64,000 bases of DNA from an uncultured Pseudomonadota bacterium (GTDB lineage: Bacteria; Pseudomonadota; Alphaproteobacteria; Rs-D84), in NCBI GenBank assembly GCA_902795435.1, contig CADBLE010000006.1, forward strand, positions 45,611 through 109,610, read 5' to 3'. The notes below the pieces were generated by a model. That model saw only the letters and a program-made list of their open reading frames with translations. It was not told the DNA's origin and ran no database searches. Positions 8,713-17,367 of this stretch are shown piece by piece (the stretch's first letter is position 1; the number at the start of each line of letters is the position of its first letter). Position numbers and translations under genes: made by a program.

Positions 8713-9350
8713 TTTCTGTTATAATACCTGTGTTTAATGGCGAAAAATATCTTGATGAATGTCTATCAAGTGTCAATCACACGGGTATTGAAATAATCGT
8801 TGTAAATGATGCCAGCACAGACAATTCAATCACTATCGCAAAAAAATACACAGATAAAATTATAACTATATCTAAAAGCGGGCCTGTTATCGCACGAAAT
8901 ACAGGACTGAAATCTGCAAGTGGCGAATATGTTATGTTTATGGATGCAGATGATGTTTTGGTTGACAATGCTTTTGATATTTTAACACAACAAATAAAAG
9001 ATTTTGATGCGGTTATTGGATTACGACAAGATTTCATTTCCCCAGATTGTGTTGATAATTACACACCTGTATCAGAACAAAAAAAATCTTCACATGGTGT
9101 TATTTCTGGGTGTGCGTTGCTCAAAAAAACTGTGTTTGATACTGTTGGTGATTTTGATAGTGATTTAATGTGTGGCGATGGATATGATTGGTTATTGCGT
9201 GCCGAAAAAAACGGTGTAAAAATAAATAAAATAGATTCTGTTATATGTCGTCGCAGATTACATAATTCTAATATGGGACGCACATTGAAAGCCCAAGAAT
9301 GTGCCGACTATGTAAAAATAATAAGAAAACATTTTACAAAGAAGAACTGA
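8709..9350 (+). CDS. Family 2 glycosyltransferase
   Basis: ISVIIPVFNGEKYLDECLSSV...VVNDASTDNS...MDADD (DxD). ATGA overlap with the upstream gene. Confidence 0.85.
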   Translation: MISVIIPVFNGEKYLDECLSSVNHTGIEIIVVNDASTDNSITIAKKYTDKIITISKSGPVIARNTGLKSASGEYVMFMDADDVLVDNAFDILTQQIKDFDAVIGLRQDFISPDCVDNYTPVSEQKKSSHGVISGCALLKKTVFDTVGDFDSDLMCGDGYDWLLRAEKNGVKINKIDSVICRRRLHNSNMGRTLKAQECADYVKIIRKHFTKKN

Positions 9351-10327
9351 TGACAAAAATCATTCATGTTTGTGTTGCCGCTGATAATAATTACAAACTG
9401 CCATTGACGGCGGTGCTGAATTCTTTTGTAAAAAATGTTAAAAACAAAACTGTTTTACATATTTTATATACGGGCTTTTCTGAAAAATATAAAAACAAAT
9501 TAAATCGTTTTTGTTGTGGGACAAATATCTCTCTTGATTTCAGAGATATGTCGAAATACGATTTTGATTTTCACGGTCTGGATATGCAACATTGGACACG
9601 TGCTATATTTTACAGAATTATGATTCCAGAAATGTTTTCTGATTTAGACCGTATGATTTATCTGGACGGCGATACTTTGGTTCTGGACGATTTATACGAA
9701 TTATACAACACACCTATGGATAACGATTTTATGTTGGGCATGGTTGTGGACAGGTTTTCCTATAAAACGCGTATTGGCGAATTGAAAACATCTAATTATT
9801 TCAACAGCGGTATGATTTTATTTGATATAAAAAAATGTCTTGAATTTAATTTTTCTGAAAAATGTGTTCAATGGATACACGATAACCCGGAAACCGCTAA
9901 ATTCCCAGACCAAGACGCAATAAACATTATTGCTGACAATAAAATTTTGAGAATAAACAACATATACAACAAACAATTTGCAACAAACGATTCAATAGAT
10001 TGGTCCAAACAATATGTTGTCGCACATTTCTTGTCTGCTATAAAACCATGGCATTATAATGCGCCTTCGTTTTACAGCAAAAAATACAGAAAATATATTC
10101 CAAACAAATTCAGTGCTTTCAAAATTTATGTATCTCAAAAAATACACGAATTAAAATATTTCTGTTTTCATGAAAAATATGTAATGAAATTAGTAAACAT
10201 GAAAATCGTTGAACAAGTTAAATTTTATGTGTTTAATATGTGTATTAAAACAAAAACTTTGGATACTAAAAAACCAAATTTAATAGATGTTCTGCAAAAC
10301 AACAAAGGTGCCAGAAAATGTATATAA
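9350..10327 (+). CDS. Family 8 glycosyltransferase (LgtC/RfaJ-like)
   Basis: MTKIIHVCVAADNNYKLPL..., YLDGDTLVLDD (DxD), FNSGMILFD. The ATG at 9350 overlaps the TGA of the GT2 gene. The ORF track start at 9299 is probably upstream read-through. Confidence 0.8.
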   Translation: MTKIIHVCVAADNNYKLPLTAVLNSFVKNVKNKTVLHILYTGFSEKYKNKLNRFCCGTNISLDFRDMSKYDFDFHGLDMQHWTRAIFYRIMIPEMFSDLDRMIYLDGDTLVLDDLYELYNTPMDNDFMLGMVVDRFSYKTRIGELKTSNYFNSGMILFDIKKCLEFNFSEKCVQWIHDNPETAKFPDQDAINIIADNKILRINNIYNKQFATNDSIDWSKQYVVAHFLSAIKPWHYNAPSFYSKKYRKYIPNKFSAFKIYVSQKIHELKYFCFHEKYVMKLVNMKIVEQVKFYVFNMCIKTKTLDTKKPNLIDVLQNNKGARKCI

Positions 10328-11031
10328 ATTCAGAAAAAATTACACAAATTGTAATCAGAACACTGGATAAACCTGTGTCATACGATTTATTTGAAAATTT
10401 TATACGCAAATCACCTTTTATTCGCCAGATTGCATTTATTGGCAAAGGAATCTTTGATTCACCTGATTTTACAAAAATACTTGATTTATGTCGTCTAAAA
10501 AGTATTGCTTTAATTTTCGGTGAAATGGCACGCAATGTTCCTATTGAAATCGTTGATGCAATGGTTCGTGCAGGTAATATAATCGCAGTAAATATACATG
10601 ACGGCGACCCAAATATAAACAATATGATTGAATTAAAGAACAAATATCAAATGCCTGTACCAGAGGTAAATGCAATTATCCAAACAGAACCACGCACACC
10701 GCAAGATTCATTGTCTGAATCATCATACGCTTTCTATAATCTCGCAGACGATAAAAACAATATACCATGTTGGAATTTATTATATGAACCAATGATTGAA
10801 TTTAATGGTTCCCTGTTGGGTTGCTGGGCAAATCCAGATAAAAAACACCCTATCAATGCATTTGAATTGGGTATGGAATCAGCATTAAACAAATCCCCTT
10901 TTATAAACATGATAAAGATGCTTAAATCTGGAAAAATAAATACAAAATGTCCATGTGCCAGATGTCCTGTATTTGCCAGTTTGGTTTGGGACAATTCAAC
11001 CATAGATATTTATACCAGAACACAAAAATAA
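10318..11031 (+). CDS. Radical-SAM-fold / SPASM-like protein lacking the CxxxCxxC cluster motif
   Basis: IAFIGKGIFDSPDFTKILDLC...IAVNIHDGD resembles the rSAM barrel. The C-terminus CWNLLYEPMIEFNGSLLGCW...KCPCARCP looks SPASM/twitch-like. The N-terminal region (IVIRTLDKPVSYDLF) has no Cys triad. Confidence 0.45.
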   Translation: MYINSEKITQIVIRTLDKPVSYDLFENFIRKSPFIRQIAFIGKGIFDSPDFTKILDLCRLKSIALIFGEMARNVPIEIVDAMVRAGNIIAVNIHDGDPNINNMIELKNKYQMPVPEVNAIIQTEPRTPQDSLSESSYAFYNLADDKNNIPCWNLLYEPMIEFNGSLLGCWANPDKKHPINAFELGMESALNKSPFINMIKMLKSGKINTKCPCARCPVFASLVWDNSTIDIYTRTQK

Positions 11032-11033
11032 AA

Positions 11034-11285
11034 TTATTCTTGCGGTTCATCCTCTTGGTTCTCTGGGATAAATTTGAAAAAATCATTTGGACACGAATTT
11101 GTCGCTTTCAATATTTTTGCAATAGACAACATAGATGGCCAATGTGGTTGTCCATAAAGAGATGAACGTTTGCTTCTGTTAAAAGAAGTTGGATCTAAGC
11201 CACTATATTTTGCCAACCCAGATACAGAAAAACCGTGTTCCTTTGCGAACAATTCTATTGCTTGCCATATTTGATTATGTGTCAT
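11034..11285 (-). CDS. HTH transcriptional regulator (repressor N-terminal domain only)
   Basis: MTHNQIWQAIELFAKEHGFSVSGLAKYSGLDPTSFNRSKR...WPSMLSIAKILKAT resembles the DNA-binding N-terminus of alphaproteobacterial S24/LexA-like repressors. No peptidase domain is present. Confidence 0.6.
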   Translation of the reverse strand: MTHNQIWQAIELFAKEHGFSVSGLAKYSGLDPTSFNRSKRSSLYGQPHWPSMLSIAKILKATNSCPNDFFKFIPENQEDEPQE

Positions 11286-11473
11286 TTTGTTTTCCTCCTG
11301 TTATTCACACATATTATGTTTATATGCTACCATATAACGATACTATTTCAACATATACAACCACAATTAGAATCTAATCCTAAATTTTACGACAAAACAC
11401 ACTATTTTATAAAAACACAAACGATTCGGATTTCTTGTATTTTTAGCATTTAATTTGTGGTATAATATGAATT

Positions 11474-11728
11474 ATGAAAAACACCCTGCATCTTGTCTTG
11501 AAACATCATTGGTTTGATAAAATCGTATCTGGCGAAAAAACTTCTGAATATCGTGTGTGTTCTGAATATTGGAACAAGCGTCTAACAAACAACCACTATG
11601 ATACCGTCATTTTTCACAAGGGCTATACAAACACCACCGCAACATATAAAATTATATCCATCGCAATCACAACAGAACCAAACGATTTGCATCTGCCAAA
11701 ATGTTGGGAAATCAAGTTAAAGAAATAA
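11474..11728 (+). CDS. ASCH (PUA-like) domain protein
   Basis: LVLKHHWFDKIVSGEKTSEYRV... is typical of small ASCH-domain proteins. Confidence 0.55.
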   Translation: MKNTLHLVLKHHWFDKIVSGEKTSEYRVCSEYWNKRLTNNHYDTVIFHKGYTNTTATYKIISIAITTEPNDLHLPKCWEIKLKK

Positions 11729-11929
11729 CCCCCACACAACTACCGGTTGTATGAATATATTCTTACACACAATAAACCGCAATATAAATTCATATAAAAT
11801 TCTACCACAGGTTGAAATTATGTTTTTTACACGCTTATACCTAGTAATAATCTTGCATATTATTTTTTATCTATAATTTCACAATGAAAATATTCTAAAG
11901 ATAAAAAACATAAAAATTTTATAAAACAC

Positions 11930-11958
11930 TTGACTTGCATGCCAAATAGTTATATTAT
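11930..11958 (+). promoter_or_regulatory. Sigma70-like promoter for tRNA-Asn (TTGACT, 17 nt, TATTAT)
   Basis: TTGACT at 11930-11935 and TATTAT at 11953-11958, about 12 nt upstream of the tRNA. Confidence 0.5.
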
Positions 11959-11970
11959 AAGCGCAGTTAT

Positions 11971-12046
11971 TCGGGCATAGTTCAGTCGGTAGAACAACGG
12001 ACTGTTAATCCGTATGTCACTGGTTCGAGTCCAGTTGCCCGAGCCA
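11971..12046 (+). tRNA. tRNA-Asn (anticodon GTT), CCA encoded
   Basis: Acceptor TCGGGCA/TGCCCGA. Anticodon stem-loop CGGA-CTGTTAA-TCCG. T-arm ACTGG-TTCGAGT-CCAGT, then G + CCA. Confidence 0.92.
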
Positions 12047-12116
12047 CAGATTACAAGGCTTTCAAGACTTTTTGTTTTGAGGCCTTTTTTCTTAAATCCT
12101 ACTAAAATCCAACTAA
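12041..12116 (+). repeat. Left island junction (attL-like): tRNA-Asn 3-prime end plus 60-bp direct repeat
   Basis: 12057-12116 (GGCTTTCAAGACTTTTTGTTTTGAGGCCTTTTTTCTTAAATCCTACTAAAATCCAACTAA) matches 33678-33737 at 58/60 by eye. GAGCCA(C)AGATT also recurs at 33663. Weaker similarity continues for about 30 bp further (ATTAATTTCTGTTAATTATGGTTAAT versus ATTAATTCTGGTTAAATCTGGTTAAT). Confidence 0.85.
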
Positions 12117-12361
12117 ATATATTAATTTCTGTTAATTATGGTTAATATCAAATATGTTAGTATTCTGTTATTTTTATGATTTTATTCCCAAACAAATCCC
12201 GATAAAGACACTCTTATATTTGCTATATTGATTATTTGGAATCAAAATTTATCAAGAATATGATTATAGAGATATAAGGATATAAAATAAATAATATATA
12301 GATTGATTTTTACGGTAAAATTCGCTACATTCTCAGCAGAACAAACATATAGGTAAAAATT

Positions 12362-13606
12362 TTGACAGCCGAAGTTATAACTTATAATAAAAATGCAATC
12401 GCTATGGCAGCAGATAGTGCTGTAACCGTGTATGGTAGCAAAACCTATAATTCTGCAAACAAATTATTCATGTTATCTAAATATCACCCTGTAGGAATTC
12501 TGATTTATAATTCTGCATCTATAAATGGTATATATACGGAGATTTTAGTAAAGGAATACCGTAAACAACTAGGAAAAAAATCTTTTGATTCACTCAAAGA
12601 ATATAAAGATAATTTTATATTGTTTTTACGAGATTTTTTACAAACCCACATTAGTGACGAAGATAAAAAATTTAGTATAATAATCCAATTAAATAATCTT
12701 TTCGATTATGTATTTAATCGCTCCGATTTTCCCCAAATTAATCCAGGAGAAAATTTCTTTAATGTCGCAAATAAATTTCTAGAAGGACTAACAACAACTA
12801 TAAAACAAACGTATAATATTGAAAAAGAACTTGATTTGTCTGGAATTGATTTAGCACAAGAAATAAAAAATATCTTTTTGTATCGCATGAAATTACCAGA
12901 CTCTGAAGAATTGAATGGGTTGGTTAGTAAACTAATTGATATTTTTGCTTATTATATCAACATCCCATACAACCCTAATATTACAGGTATAGCTATTTGT
13001 GGTTACGGAGAAAAAGAATTTGCCCCAAAAATATATAATTTTGAAACATTGGGTTTTATAAATAACACTTTTAAAGTTAAAGACATTGGGGATAATGAAA
13101 GCCAAGATCAAGGGGTTATACCCCTTGCACAACGAGATATGACAGATTTGTTCATACAGGGTGTAGATTATAGGGTTTATAGTTTTATTACAGAACAATA
13201 CGAAGCTTTTATTGAAGGTATTGCTGATAAAATAAAAAAAGCAGATGTAGATTTATCCAGATATATAGGAGCTAATAAATATGTGATTTCAAAAAGAATC
13301 AATGAAGTACTTAACAAAGAAAAAGTTAAACCTTTATTGGATGTTATAGGTATTTTATCAAAAGATGAACTTGCAGAACTATCAGAAAGTTTGGTAAATT
13401 TGCAGGCGTTAAAACACAAAATGTCATTGAATCTTGAAACTGTTGGCGGACCTGTCGATGTAGCAATAATTTCAAAACACGATGGTTTTATTTGGAAAAA
13501 AAGAAAACTATATTTTGACAAAGAGCTGAACCCTCATTTTTTTGAAAATTACTTTTCTGAAGAATCTATTTGTGGTATACTAAAAAACAAAGAAGGAGGA
13601 AAATGA
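12362..13606 (+). CDS. Proteasome beta-subunit-like Ntn hydrolase with large insertions (414 aa)
   Basis: TTG start with AGGT 9-12 nt upstream. After Met removal the N-terminus TAEVITYNKNAIAMAADSAVTVYGSKTYNSANKLF places Thr1, Asp17 and Lys33 exactly as in 20S beta subunits (compare [35 protein letters not shown]). The C-terminal GGPVDVAIISKHDGF matches SGGMIDVAVITRKDGY, and ICGYGEKEFAPKIYNFE matches LLVGGIDTAPHVFSID. Confidence 0.7.
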   Translation: MTAEVITYNKNAIAMAADSAVTVYGSKTYNSANKLFMLSKYHPVGILIYNSASINGIYTEILVKEYRKQLGKKSFDSLKEYKDNFILFLRDFLQTHISDEDKKFSIIIQLNNLFDYVFNRSDFPQINPGENFFNVANKFLEGLTTTIKQTYNIEKELDLSGIDLAQEIKNIFLYRMKLPDSEELNGLVSKLIDIFAYYINIPYNPNITGIAICGYGEKEFAPKIYNFETLGFINNTFKVKDIGDNESQDQGVIPLAQRDMTDLFIQGVDYRVYSFITEQYEAFIEGIADKIKKADVDLSRYIGANKYVISKRINEVLNKEKVKPLLDVIGILSKDELAELSESLVNLQALKHKMSLNLETVGGPVDVAIISKHDGFIWKKRKLYFDKELNPHFFENYFSEESICGILKNKEGGK

Positions 13607-13779
13607 TGAATTTGCTCTTACAACAAAAGTATTTTAATCAGGTTACCTCTGTTCCGCTTTTCAGCAAATATAAAAACCTTGGAAAAGATATAGCTGAAGA
13701 ATTTTATAAAAATGCAAAACACAAGACTTGTAAAATTAAAACACACCCTAAAAAGACTTATGTTAAAACAACAAAATAA
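13606..13779 (+). CDS. Small Lys-rich protein (about 57 aa), translationally coupled to the proteasome-like gene
   Basis: A strong SD (AAGGAGG, 13593-13599) lies inside the end of the upstream gene. ATG codons at 13603 and 13606 overlap or abut its TGA. The ORF is in frame with track ORF 13570..13779. Confidence 0.45.
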   Translation: MNLLLQQKYFNQVTSVPLFSKYKNLGKDIAEEFYKNAKHKTCKIKTHPKKTYVKTTK

Positions 13780-13872
13780 AAGACTTATTATATAAATTTT
13801 ATTTGTTTTATATTCTGGTAGAGCACACTATAAAAATTATTATATTATATTTTTCTTGACTTTTATTTTTAA

Positions 13873-13893
13873 TGCAGTACCATTGCTTCTGCA
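13873..13893. promoter_or_regulatory. Palindromic operator-like site TGCAGTACCAT-N5-CTGCA (copy 1)
   Basis: TGCAGTACCATTGCTTCTGCA lies 80 nt upstream of the HTH gene at 13973. A nearly identical site lies at 31769-31789 upstream of the integrase. A half-site TGCAGTA is at 13932-13938. Confidence 0.45.
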
Positions 13894-13972
13894 ATAAAGA
13901 CCACGTCATGGTTTTTCTTTTTAACAACATCTGCAGTAGTACAAATACCGCATACAAACAAAGGAGTAAAAG

Positions 13973-14206
13973 ATGATACAAATTACAGAAAATGCTGATC
14001 CGTTATTAAGTACAGCCGAAGCTGCCAGATATTTAGGAACTACTCCTGGTGTATTGGCAGTATACAGATGCAAAGGAACAAAAGAAGACCTTCCCTATTT
14101 TAAAAATGGGAAAAAGGTCTGTTATTTGAAAAGTACTTTGGATAAATACATAGCAAAACACATGGTTAACTTTACCACAGCAAGATGTGACAACTTTTTA
14201 TTCTAA
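13973..14206 (+). CDS. Excisionase/AlpA-type HTH DNA-binding protein
   Basis: LLSTAEAARYLGTTPGVLAVYRCKG...PYFKNGKKVCYLKSTLDKYI is the typical excisionase-family HTH pattern. SD AAAGGAG is upstream. Confidence 0.7.
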   Translation: MIQITENADPLLSTAEAARYLGTTPGVLAVYRCKGTKEDLPYFKNGKKVCYLKSTLDKYIAKHMVNFTTARCDNFLF

Positions 14207-14425
14207 GTTTTTCAAGCAAATCATGTGTTATACACAATATATAACACCAAGGACTATCGTCATAAATACAGTAGTTCTAAATAATATAAAAGTAATCTGT
14301 GTTAAAGATCCTGTCTTTATCAATTTGATTACTGGTCAAACAAAATATTCAACCCACAATGTAAGAGAAATTGCTGGGTTGAAATACTATTAATAATAAT
14401 ACTAATAATAAATAAGGAGGATTAA

Positions 14426-15400
14426 TTGAAACCTACCACAAATATAAAATCATTAAGTAATGAAGAATTAGAAATATTAACATCTAAGTATGGTGAAGTA
14501 ATAAAAACAAAGTCTTTTTATACAGGGTGGGATAAGAAAAAATATCATTTATCTCTACAAGAGTTATTAAGAGTTTATGGTGGTGAATTTGATTATACAG
14601 ACAAAGGAAAATTCAGACAAAAAACATCTGAATACACAGATTATCCAGAAGATGTAATTTTAACAAGCTATCAACAAGAATGGTTTGATAATCTTAGTCA
14701 GTATAATCCCACGTATTTTATTACAATAAAATTACCGCACGCTAATAAAGAGGGATTAAAAAGAACTCGTAATCATGATTTAGCTAAGAAATTATATAGA
14801 CAGATTCTCAGAGAGTTTGAATATTATTTTGTAGGATCTAATAGATGGAAGAAACCTGGTTGTGCATTACCTTTTAAAGGTGTTATGGAGTGTTGTGAGA
14901 AAGGGTTTTATCATATACATTTATTTATTATTGATTGGGAACCCACATGGAGAGAGAGGTTTTTCGATAATATTGTAACACAATTAGATATGGCAGCATC
15001 TGCAGTTATAAAAAAACACAAATTTTATAAAACTGTATTTAAAATTCAAAGGGTTTATTATAAACCAGGATTATTGGCATATATGCTAAAAAATCTAAAA
15101 GAAACAACAGCAGAGCAAGAAAAAAGCTATATATTTGATTTAAAGACATGGTTTAATATTGATTGGGAACAGTATGTAAATAAAACACCAAAAATTAAAC
15201 AAATATATACTACTGGATTTGGAACACCTATTTATACTTCAGTCAAAGAGACAACTTTTAAGCTTTATGAGATAATATTCTCATGGTTATCTGTCTGGTT
15301 TGTTATAATGAAGCATCCAAATATTATAAAAGGAAAGGTTTTAGACAAAGCCAAGTGGATAACTTTAAAGATGATTCGATATACAATAATCAATAAATAA
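14426..15400 (+). CDS. Putative HUH-type replication initiator (Rep-like)
   Basis: TTG start preceded by AAGGAGG. GFYHIHLFII is a candidate HUH motif and GLLAYMLKNLKE a candidate catalytic Tyr motif. The assignment is tentative. Confidence 0.4.
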   Translation: MKPTTNIKSLSNEELEILTSKYGEVIKTKSFYTGWDKKKYHLSLQELLRVYGGEFDYTDKGKFRQKTSEYTDYPEDVILTSYQQEWFDNLSQYNPTYFITIKLPHANKEGLKRTRNHDLAKKLYRQILREFEYYFVGSNRWKKPGCALPFKGVMECCEKGFYHIHLFIIDWEPTWRERFFDNIVTQLDMAASAVIKKHKFYKTVFKIQRVYYKPGLLAYMLKNLKETTAEQEKSYIFDLKTWFNIDWEQYVNKTPKIKQIYTTGFGTPIYTSVKETTFKLYEIIFSWLSVWFVIMKHPNIIKGKVLDKAKWITLKMIRYTIINK

Positions 15401-15426
15401 CGAAAGGATAACTAGAAACAGAAGAT

Positions 15427-15657
15427 CTAAAAAAAGTTTATGGGTTTACTGAATTCTTTATCTATCATGTCTTTGACATCGCTAGTTCTATAAAAGATAC
15501 GTCCACCCAGCTTTATATGAGGTAACAAAGGTCTAGTGTGTTTTTGTTTGGCTTTATAAATATCATGGTACAGGAAGCTTTTACTAAGATGTAACATATC
15601 TGCAAGTTCTGCCACTGTGATCAAAGGACATTCATAAAGCATCTTATTATTGATCAT
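15427..15657 (-). CDS. Excisionase/AlpA-type HTH DNA-binding protein
   Basis: LITVAELADMLHLSKSFLYHDIYK...LPHIKLGGRIFYRTSDVKDMI. An internal Met (MINNKMLYE...) is chosen as the start. The longer ORF to 15810 adds an implausible hydrophobic leader. Confidence 0.6.
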   Translation of the reverse strand: MINNKMLYECPLITVAELADMLHLSKSFLYHDIYKAKQKHTRPLLPHIKLGGRIFYRTSDVKDMIDKEFSKPINFF

Positions 15658-15967
15658 AATATTCCTTGTGTTCTTATATATAAGAACCTCAAAAACATAT
15701 GGAAGTGCACTCATAAAAATTAATAAAAAACTGCTTATATACAGTATTTTTGTGGGAATCTGTGAGCTTAGTACCGAAAACATACCCCTTTTCTGAACAT
15801 GTATAAGCATAGCATATAATCACATTATATAGCAAATAGTTTGTTGTTTTATCTCCTGTTTCAACCACTAAAAAAATTTTTTCAGAAAATATTTTTACAA
15901 AACGAGTTCTATTTATATGTACAGATAACACGTACAAATAATAGTTACTAAACCTAAGGAGTACATT

Positions 15968-16810
15968 ATGTCTAACAATATAATAAATAATAAAATAAAA
16001 ATGGGGGTAAAAGTACAAAACTGCAACCCGGACACCAGAATAGCTTTCAGAGGGGAAGGATTTTTTTGCCCATATACAGTCACAGAGTTAGCAAAGAAAC
16101 ATATCGAAAACAAAATTATGAAACAGGCCAAGGATTTCTCGTGGTTAAAAACCAATACAAACGAAAAATCATTTGCAGATCTGATTTTCCAGTATAAAAA
16201 CTCTGTATTTGCTATAAAATTTGTGTATTTCATCAATGGAGAACGACAAGAAGAAGAATTTCCACCTGATGAAATAAATCCAACAGAAGAATTCATAAGC
16301 TACTCATATGAGTATAAGTTTATTCCGTGCTTTTTATATATTTATGGAAAAGATACAGGTATATCACGAACCTTTTCTGTAGCTTTAAAATTGGTGGACG
16401 TAGAGACAGAACAAGAAATAAATCCTTTAACTGTCGCATCTGATGATCCGACACCAATATCCACATACGAAAGACTTCTTATTTCCGTAAGAACAATAAT
16501 TGGTGCAATGGAAAGCAAAGAGATGGAAATATTTTCATGTAACATCTTTCGGGATGACTGGCCTTTCGACAATATACGCTTTTGCGATTTCGAAGGAAAT
16601 GTCTGTCAGGTTTTTGTAAAGCAAGTCGATAACAGGGAAAAACTACAAACATATAACGCAACCGATTTTAAAAATAATTATTTTATTGATGATCGTTATA
16701 AATGCTATGTTGCCCCTATTTGCCTTGGTGACGGCACAAACGAGATATATAGAAACGGTATATGCACTATTAGTTATTTAGAAGATATTCTGATAGAGAT
16801 ACCAAAATAA
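15968..16810 (+). CDS. Hypothetical protein (280 aa)
   Basis: ATG preceded by AAGGAG. No recognisable motif. Confidence 0.6.
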   Translation: MSNNIINNKIKMGVKVQNCNPDTRIAFRGEGFFCPYTVTELAKKHIENKIMKQAKDFSWLKTNTNEKSFADLIFQYKNSVFAIKFVYFINGERQEEEFPPDEINPTEEFISYSYEYKFIPCFLYIYGKDTGISRTFSVALKLVDVETEQEINPLTVASDDPTPISTYERLLISVRTIIGAMESKEMEIFSCNIFRDDWPFDNIRFCDFEGNVCQVFVKQVDNREKLQTYNATDFKNNYFIDDRYKCYVAPICLGDGTNEIYRNGICTISYLEDILIEIPK

Positions 16811-17040
16811 ACACAAATAGAAACATGCATTTTGGCACTTTTACAAAGCTAGGCGATGTCAACTCTATAAACAAAAGGATTAGACAATAGACTAATAAAA
16901 TCCTGACCAACCATAGGAGACAAAAAACATCAAGATCTTATCAATTCATCACCTAGCTTATGTATACAGAACAACAAAAAAACTCCAGACACATATTTTC
17001 GGAATTAAAAACGAGTTCTATTAAATATGAGAGGTTTATC

Positions 17041-17367
17041 ATGCAAATTACAAAATTAAAGACAGAAGCAAAGGATGGAAACGTAAACAAGCAAGAAGTA
17101 GTATTAGTTTTAGATAATTATATCCAAATTTCTGGATTTATTGTATCTTTTGATGAAAGTGGCGAATTTTCGTCTATAGACATTCCTGTAAATATAGAGT
17201 TCCTGGATAAAGAGTTTGAACTTAAGATGATTGCTGATTTGATAAATAAGTTAAGTATGCTCATGCAGGCTGCCCCAGAGGCATTTGAAGAAAACAACTA
17301 CAAAGGAAGCAAGTTTGGGAAATACGTTAAAGAACAAGAGCAGAAAATATTGAATAAAGAATATTAG
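17041..17367 (+). CDS. Hypothetical protein (about 108 aa)
   Basis: The ATG at 17041 is preceded by GAGAGG. The track ORF starts further upstream at 16960. Confidence 0.45.
   Translation: MQITKLKTEAKDGNVNKQEVVLVLDNYIQISGFIVSFDESGEFSSIDIPVNIEFLDKEFELKMIADLINKLSMLMQAAPEAFEENNYKGSKFGKYVKEQEQKILNKEY

Noticed and set aside
6270-11031. Calling the operon a lasso-peptide biosynthetic cluster
   Set aside because: The HprK-like/PqqD/NTase trio is suggestive. However, no asparagine-synthetase-like cyclase, transglutaminase-like peptidase, ABC exporter or precursor ORF is present in or next to the operon. It is reported as an unexplained tailoring-type operon instead.
15689-16296. Minus-strand ORFs 15689..16018 and 15913..16296 (109 and 127 aa)
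   Set aside because: They overlap each other and the SD-preceded plus-strand gene at 15968..16810. Their products are Ile/Phe/Tyr-rich, as is typical of random frames in AT-rich DNA.
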